Both the position numbers and the translations under genes were made by a program. The notes below the pieces were generated by a model, which saw only the letters and a program-made list of their open reading frames with translations, did not search any database and was not told the DNA's origin. From Nannocystales bacterium (lineage in GTDB: Bacteria > Myxococcota_A > Polyangia > Nannocystales > Nannocystaceae), in the NCBI GenBank assembly GCA_050633305.1, contig JBOEGF010000007.1, positions 96,001 through 160,000 of the forward strand: 64,000 nt of DNA, written 5' to 3'. Of this stretch, positions 58,659 through 64,000 are shown piece by piece; the stretch's first letter is position 1, and each line of letters starts with the position of its first letter.

Positions 58659-59354
58659 ATGTCGGGCCAGGAAGTGGTGGAAATCGTGGTGGATCAGCAC
58701 GAGCAGCACGGGGGCTCAAAGGGATTCCTCCATGTCGAGCGGTACAGGCTGCGCAATCGTCGCGGCGACGGCTCCACATCGGAGCAGTACATCTGCGACT
58801 TTCTGGGGCGCCGCAAGGGGCCTGACGCGGTGGTTGTGGCGCTGTATCACCGTGAGCCTGGGGGACGGGTGGTGGTGCTGCTCCGGGAAGGACTTCGTCC
58901 GGCGTTGTGGTTGGGTCGTCCGCCGGAGGAGCTCCCGCTGGCCGAGCCGCGGCGGATCTCACTGACGGAGGTTGTCGCGGGCATCATCGAGCGGACGGAC
59001 GTCGGGGAGGCCGGGATCCGAGCGAGGGCCGCCGCCGAGGCATACGAAGAGGCCGGGTTCCGCATCGACCCAGCCGCCGTTCAGTTCCTCGGCGCCGGGA
59101 CCTTTCCCAGCCCGGGATCGATGCCCGAGAAGTTCTGGCTCACCGCGGCGCAGGTCGAGGACCCCACGGCGGCCGAGGTGGCGCCCACTGATGGCTCGCC
59201 GATGGAAGAGGGCGCGCGCTGTCGGTGGATGCTGCTCCCCGAGGCGATCGAGGCATGCGTCCGGGGCGACATCGAGGACTGCAAGACGGAACTCGTCCTG
59301 CGCCGTTTGCAGGACGCGCTCGGGGCTCAGCCGCCCGGCAACGTGATCGGGTAG
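58659..59354 (+). CDS. NUDIX hydrolase (ADP-ribose pyrophosphatase-like)
   Basis: EVVAGIIE...[17 protein letters not shown]. Confidence 0.8.
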   Translation: MSGQEVVEIVVDQHEQHGGSKGFLHVERYRLRNRRGDGSTSEQYICDFLGRRKGPDAVVVALYHREPGGRVVVLLREGLRPALWLGRPPEELPLAEPRRISLTEVVAGIIERTDVGEAGIRARAAAEAYEEAGFRIDPAAVQFLGAGTFPSPGSMPEKFWLTAAQVEDPTAAEVAPTDGSPMEEGARCRWMLLPEAIEACVRGDIEDCKTELVLRRLQDALGAQPPGNVIG

Positions 59355-60928
59355 CCCGAGAGTCCGATCTCGACCCGGTAGATGTTTCCGCCCTGGCCCG
59401 TGACGAACATGGCTTGATCGTTGGAGTCGCCGAACCCGTAGCCGAACTGGGCGTTCGCGCAACCGTTCCCAAGATCCCCGGCGCCGGCGATCTCAAACAC
59501 CTCGCCGTTCTGCCCCGACGCATCGAGTGCGATGCGGTCGATGCGACACGGCATGTTGCCCTGAATCCCGCCTTGGTCGACGACGTAGAGGTTGCCGCAC
59601 TCGTCCATCGTCATACCATCGGAGACGCCCTCCAGCTCGATGATGGGGATGGGTCCACCCGCCGTGCCGTCGGTGATGACCGCACCCCAGATCTGGCTCT
59701 GCGAGTAGTTCGCCCAGTAGAGCATCCCGCGTTGCTCGTCGAAGAACACACCGTTGGCGGTGTTGGCGTTGTTGCCGATGACTTCGACGACGGTCTGGGC
59801 GACCGGATCGATGCGGCTGATGCTGTCCCCGAAGTAGTCGGAGATCCAGATCTGGTCGTCGCTGTCGATGTGAATCGCATTCGGCAGCTCGAGGCCGGTG
59901 TCGAACTCGTTGTTGCTGCCGGCCATCGTGAACGACCACAGGTCCGTGCCGTTGAGGCCGACGGCGGCGTACAGCGTGCCCGCAGAGTCGAACCGGATCC
60001 CGAGGATGTCCTCGTCGTAGGGGAGCCCCACGAGCCAGTCGGTCGTGTTCCCCTCGCCGTCCATCTCGACCAGGGTCCCGCCATCGGCGAGGACGAAGGT
60101 GCCGTTGCCGGTCATGGCGAGGTCCTCGGGACCACCCGCGGTCAACGTCGCGATCTGCGTGATGTCGAACGGCCCCATCGGAAGGTTGTCGCAGCTGATC
60201 GGGTCTCCCGTTTCGGAGTCGGAGTCGGAGGTCTCTGTGCTGCCTTCGGTGTCACCGGTCGGGTTGGTGTCGGTGTTCGAGTCCGAGTCGGTCTCGCCCG
60301 TGGTGCTGTCGTCCGTGTCTGAGCCAAGCGTGTCTTCGCTGGTCCCTGTCGTCGCGGTCTCGGTGTCGCTGTCCGTGCCGTTGGTGGTGGTCCCCGAGTC
60401 CGCCGTGGTGTCGGTGCCAGTGGTGGTTGGGTCGACGGGACCGGAGCCGCCGTCGTCCAGCAGGCCGTAGAACATCGAGATGCGGGTGTCGGTCCCCGCG
60501 ATCAGATCGTTGGAAGGTTCGAGCCGGGTGATGGGGAGCGCCAACCATTGGCCCGCACCTGCGTCGAAGTCCTCCCGCCGGATCACGCCGACGGCTGCTC
60601 TGCTGGTGTCCGGGGGGAGCGGGGCGCGGTAGGTGACGGAGATGTTCACGTCCACGGAAATGTCGGGTGTGACCCGGTAGGCCTGCCCGTAGACGTTGGG
60701 CGGTCCGTTGGGCGGCCGCTCCGCCTCCGTGATGCAAACCTCGGTCGACTCGGAAAGTGAGCCGGGTCGGAAACTCAGGCCGAGAATGCCGTCTGCTGAG
60801 CTGACGATCCCACCCGACTCATCGATGGTCTCGCAGGATGAACTCGCGGACCCGCCGTTGTTGCAGGCCGCCGCCCCAACCGTGCTCACGAGTGCCGCCA
60901 GCGTGAGGGATTTGCGCCCGAAGTTCAT
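59327..60928 (-). CDS. Lipoprotein: ZU5-like domain, Thr/Asp linker, SMP-30/gluconolactonase beta-propeller
   Basis: Lipobox [37 protein letters not shown]. Confidence 0.8.
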   Translation of the reverse strand: MNFGRKSLTLAALVSTVGAAACNNGGSASSSCETIDESGGIVSSADGILGLSFRPGSLSESTEVCITEAERPPNGPPNVYGQAYRVTPDISVDVNISVTYRAPLPPDTSRAAVGVIRREDFDAGAGQWLALPITRLEPSNDLIAGTDTRISMFYGLLDDGGSGPVDPTTTGTDTTADSGTTTNGTDSDTETATTGTSEDTLGSDTDDSTTGETDSDSNTDTNPTGDTEGSTETSDSDSETGDPISCDNLPMGPFDITQIATLTAGGPEDLAMTGNGTFVLADGGTLVEMDGEGNTTDWLVGLPYDEDILGIRFDSAGTLYAAVGLNGTDLWSFTMAGSNNEFDTGLELPNAIHIDSDDQIWISDYFGDSISRIDPVAQTVVEVIGNNANTANGVFFDEQRGMLYWANYSQSQIWGAVITDGTAGGPIPIIELEGVSDGMTMDECGNLYVVDQGGIQGNMPCRIDRIALDASGQNGEVFEIAGAGDLGNGCANAQFGYGFGDSNDQAMFVTGQGGNIYRVEIGLSGYPITLPGG

Positions 60929-61043
60929 GCCGAGAATGTACACAACCCGGGGGCCCCGTGCGATGACACAGCGGTCTTGTACACAGGTCTAGGGGGCTGT
61001 TTGGGAGTTCTCACGGCCCGGACGTGCTAGTTTCAGCCGCATC

Positions 61044-61961
61044 GTGAAGACGCTTCGACTTGGTCTGTCGCTGCTGTGCGCAGCGTCCGTCACACCCGTG
61101 TTCGGATGTGCGCCTGATGACGACGAACGCACGGTTCGTGCTCGGATTGGACCCTCGGGCGGGCAGATCAGCTCGCACGACGGCGTCCTCACAGTCCTGA
61201 TTCTACCGGGCGCGCTCGAACGCGAGCAGGAGTTCGTCGTCGCGCCAAGCGACACGCCCCCGCTGATCTTCGGGCCGGCCTACCGGGTCCAACCGGACAT
61301 CGATCTGCTGATCAACGCGGAGGTCACGTATGCGCGCACACTGCCCAACGACCCGACCGGGACCGCGGTGGCAGCGATTCGGCGGGAGGACTTCGCCGCC
61401 GGCTCGGGGACCTGGATCAAACTTCCCACCGTGGCGCTCGACGTGAATGACGAACTCGTCACCGCCACCGACGCAGAGGTCTCGTTGTTCTATGGCTTGC
61501 TCGAGGGCGATGACATCTCGGGGACGACCAGCACCACGACCGCATCGCCCACCGACGACAGCTTCGGTGACACGGAGTCCGCAGAGTCCGGCAGCGAGAG
61601 CGGCGACACGGCGACGGGTCCGGTCGCCCATGGCTCTGACATCATGCCGATCTGGGTCTCGACCTGTCAGGGTGCAGGCTGCCATTCGGCGGGCCAGACT
61701 GTGCCCGACCTCGAGACCGACCCGTACGCGGCGATCGTCAACGTCATGCCGCTGAGCGCCGCCGTTCCGTACGTCACGCCGGGTGATCCGCAGGCCAGCT
61801 ACCTCTGGCACAAGATCGCCGCGACCCACACGCTCAAGACGAACCTCGGCGGCTGTGGTTGCGGTGGGGCCGGGAACCCGATGCCTTCGGGTGGAGGGAC
61901 GATCAGTGACCAAGACAAGGCGGCCATCCTCGCCTGGATCGAACAGGGCGCCGACCCGTGA
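61044..61961 (+). CDS. Lipoprotein: ZU5-like domain plus c-type cytochrome-like domain (CX4CH)
   Basis: Lipobox VFGC; CQGAGCH, VTPGDPQASYLWHKI, MP, ILAWIEQGA. Confidence 0.8.
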   Translation: MKTLRLGLSLLCAASVTPVFGCAPDDDERTVRARIGPSGGQISSHDGVLTVLILPGALEREQEFVVAPSDTPPLIFGPAYRVQPDIDLLINAEVTYARTLPNDPTGTAVAAIRREDFAAGSGTWIKLPTVALDVNDELVTATDAEVSLFYGLLEGDDISGTTSTTTASPTDDSFGDTESAESGSESGDTATGPVAHGSDIMPIWVSTCQGAGCHSAGQTVPDLETDPYAAIVNVMPLSAAVPYVTPGDPQASYLWHKIAATHTLKTNLGGCGCGGAGNPMPSGGGTISDQDKAAILAWIEQGADP

Positions 61962-62428
61962 TCTTCACGGCGGACCTCTGCGACGAACATCCCGACGCGC
62001 AGGTCCTGGAACTCGAGTTCCGGGGCTACGGCGCACGCGCGGGTTTTGATGGCCATGTGGTGACGCTGTCGCTGCACGAGGACAACTCGTGGGTCGGGCA
62101 AACACTCCGAGAGCCCGGCGAGGGTCGCGTGTTGGTCGTCGATGGCGGTGGCTCTCGGCGGTGCGCACTGGTCGGGGACAACCTCGCTCAGCGTGCGGTC
62201 GACAACGGGTGGGCCGGCATCGTCGTCCACGGCTGCATCCGCGACGCCGACCAGATCTCGACCATCCCGATCGGAATCAAGGCTTTGGGGACTCATCCGC
62301 GCAAGACCGAGAAGCGCGGGGAGGGCCGTCGTGACCTCCCCGTCCGGTTGGGCGGGGTCACCATCGAGCCGGGCGACCACCTCTATGCGGACCCGGACGG
62401 GGTTGTCGTGCTTCGAGCCCGTTCCTGA
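61958..62428 (+). CDS. rraA: RraA/HMG aldolase family protein
   Basis: TADLCD, EDNS, VLVVDGGGS..ALVGD, GCIRD, YADPDGVV. Confidence 0.92.
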   Translation: MIFTADLCDEHPDAQVLELEFRGYGARAGFDGHVVTLSLHEDNSWVGQTLREPGEGRVLVVDGGGSRRCALVGDNLAQRAVDNGWAGIVVHGCIRDADQISTIPIGIKALGTHPRKTEKRGEGRRDLPVRLGGVTIEPGDHLYADPDGVVVLRARS

Positions 62429-62499
62429 GGGCTCCCGGGGTAGGCGGGGGTCGGAGAAGCGCGGACTCTCAGCCCGCACTCCGCCCTGACGAGTCAAAC

Positions 62500-63972
62500 C
62501 TACGGGTTCGACAGGAGGATGGTGATGTCGCCGCTGCCCCGGTTGCAGACGATGATGTCGCCCACGCCATCATCGTTGAGGTCGGCGATCGCGACTCCCG
62601 AAGGCGCTGTGCCCACGGCGAAGGCGGTTCCGTCATCGAAGGTTGAGTCGCCGGCTCCGACGTACACGATGACCTCGTCGTCGCCCTCTGCGGTCACGAT
62701 GAGGTCCTCATCGCCCTCGCCCGTGACGTCCGCAAGCACGGCCTCCGACACGTTGGTGTGTGGTCCGAACGCGTTGGTGTTGAAGCCGGGTCCACCGTTG
62801 TTCCCGTCTCCGAGGAAGAGGCGGGCGTTGTCGCCATCGGTGACGGCGACATCGAGTTCGCCGTCTCCATTGAAGTCACCCGGATTGAACCGAGCGAGCT
62901 CCGCGCCAGCGTTGTTTCCGACCGCGGTGCCATCGTTCATCGCGCCTCCTGCCCCTGTCCCGGGGGTTGCCGCGTAGGCATCGCCGCCTCCGAAGAATGC
63001 GTCCGGTGTCATCCCGTTGAGGGCGATGTTGCCGAGCTCGACCCCGGCGATCTCTGTGACATCTCCAACCGCCCATGGCCCAGCCAGTGTGAAGTTGCCG
63101 GCTCCATCGTTCACCGAGGTTTGGTAGTTGGTGTCGCCCGCGTTGGCGACGGCGAAGTCGAGGCCGTTCGCTCCGTCGAGGTCCGCGAGTGCAAGGTCGA
63201 CCGGCTGGTCGCCCACGGCCACCGCGGTCTCAACGAACCCTCCGGCTCCGTCCGAGATCAGGACGCTGACCGTGTCGTCATCGGTGTTCGTGACCAGGGC
63301 ATCCCAGTTGGCGTCTCCGGAGAACTCCGCCGCGATGACGCGAGAGGGGTTTGTGCCGACCGCCGTGTTTGCCGCAGCTGCGACGCCGCCCGCCCCATCC
63401 CCGAGGTGGACGGACACGCTGCCGCCTCCGACCGATGTGACGACAACGTCGAAGTTCCCGTCGCCATCGAAGTCACCCCCTGCGATGTCGCTGGGCGTTG
63501 CACCCGTTGCGACGGTGTCTCCGACGACGAAGCAGAGCTCGTTGTCATCAATGACGGTGTTGTCGCAGGCGGGAGGGGGACCCGTCGTTTCGTCCTCGGT
63601 GGGATCGATTGTCGGGTCGGTGGTCGGGTCGGTCGTGGTGCCGTCGGTCGGATCTGTGGTGGAGTCGTCGGTCGGATTCGTCGTGGACTCTTCGGTCGGA
63701 TTGGTGGTCGACGGGTCCGTGGAGGCCGTTGTCGATGACTCGGTGTCCGTCCCCGTGGGCTCGAGCGTCGGGTCGGTGTTGGTCGCCGACGTTGGCGTTG
63801 TCGTGGGCCCCGTCGTGGAGTTGGAGGTCGTCGGGTTGGTGCTTTGTCCTCCGCTGGTCTGCTCTCCGGTTCCGAACCCGCCCTCGGGCAGGTTCTCGCC
63901 GGAATCGTCACTGCAAGAGATGACGCAGACGCACAAAGCAGGAAGGAGGAGACGCGGGAGCAAGCTAGGCAT
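62500..63972 (-). CDS. FG-GAP/VCBS repeat lipoprotein with Thr-rich stalk
   Basis: Lipobox VISC; GDFDGDGNFDVV, ADLDG, GDFNGDG, ADLNDDG repeats. Confidence 0.85.
   Translation of the reverse strand: MPSLLPRLLLPALCVCVISCSDDSGENLPEGGFGTGEQTSGGQSTNPTTSNSTTGPTTTPTSATNTDPTLEPTGTDTESSTTASTDPSTTNPTEESTTNPTDDSTTDPTDGTTTDPTTDPTIDPTEDETTGPPPACDNTVIDDNELCFVVGDTVATGATPSDIAGGDFDGDGNFDVVVTSVGGGSVSVHLGDGAGGVAAAANTAVGTNPSRVIAAEFSGDANWDALVTNTDDDTVSVLISDGAGGFVETAVAVGDQPVDLALADLDGANGLDFAVANAGDTNYQTSVNDGAGNFTLAGPWAVGDVTEIAGVELGNIALNGMTPDAFFGGGDAYAATPGTGAGGAMNDGTAVGNNAGAELARFNPGDFNGDGELDVAVTDGDNARLFLGDGNNGGPGFNTNAFGPHTNVSEAVLADVTGEGDEDLIVTAEGDDEVIVYVGAGDSTFDDGTAFAVGTAPSGVAIADLNDDGVGDIIVCNRGSGDITILLSNP
63590..63845 (-). 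repeat. Coding tandem repeats (TTDPT/TTNPT) forming a mucin-like stalk
   Basis: STTNPTEESTTNPTDDSTTDPTDGTTTDPTTDPTIDPT. Confidence 0.75.
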
Positions 63973-64000
63973 GATGGAGACCTCGGCAGAGGTGACGGTC

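Noticed and set aside
1..64000. Mobile elements, prophage, rRNA/tRNA, defence systems
   Set aside because: No transposase, integrase, phage, cas or structural RNA motifs recognised; composition appears uniformly GC-rich by eye

Overview
GC-rich, gene-dense 64-kb chromosomal window. It probably comes from a sterol-making myxobacterium (Nannocystaceae-like); this is inferred from a CYP51, about 13 Cys/Thr-rich lipoproteins, and PP2C/FHA signalling genes. About 50 CDSs can be supported. Housekeeping and metabolic genes: pip, miaE, pyc, cobB, argG with tandem ARG boxes, ttcA, arcA-arcC, nth, rraA. Signalling genes: HDOD, HD-GYP, GAF-GGDEF, a hybrid kinase lacking its phospho-His, and one intact plus one degenerate PP2C. 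There is also a TPAT/TRAP transporter and many uncharacterised surface lipoproteins. The best candidate for a new system is a three-gene RiPP cluster (DUF692 MNIO enzyme, DUF2063-like partner, 78-aa precursor). Its precursor is a predicted lipoprotein with E[G/A]SCG repeats, i.e. a membrane-anchored variant of the EGKCG oxazolin/bufferin metal-binding peptides. Also notable: two tandem ~1,430-aa thrombospondin-3/Ig-like lipoprotein paralogues; a divergent lipoprotein pair sharing a ZU5-like module with different cargo domains; a perfect 31-bp inverted repeat abutting dctQ; and a pervasive leaderless-transcript signature. No rRNA, tRNA, CRISPR array or transposase was recognised. All product calls come from motif recognition, not database searches.
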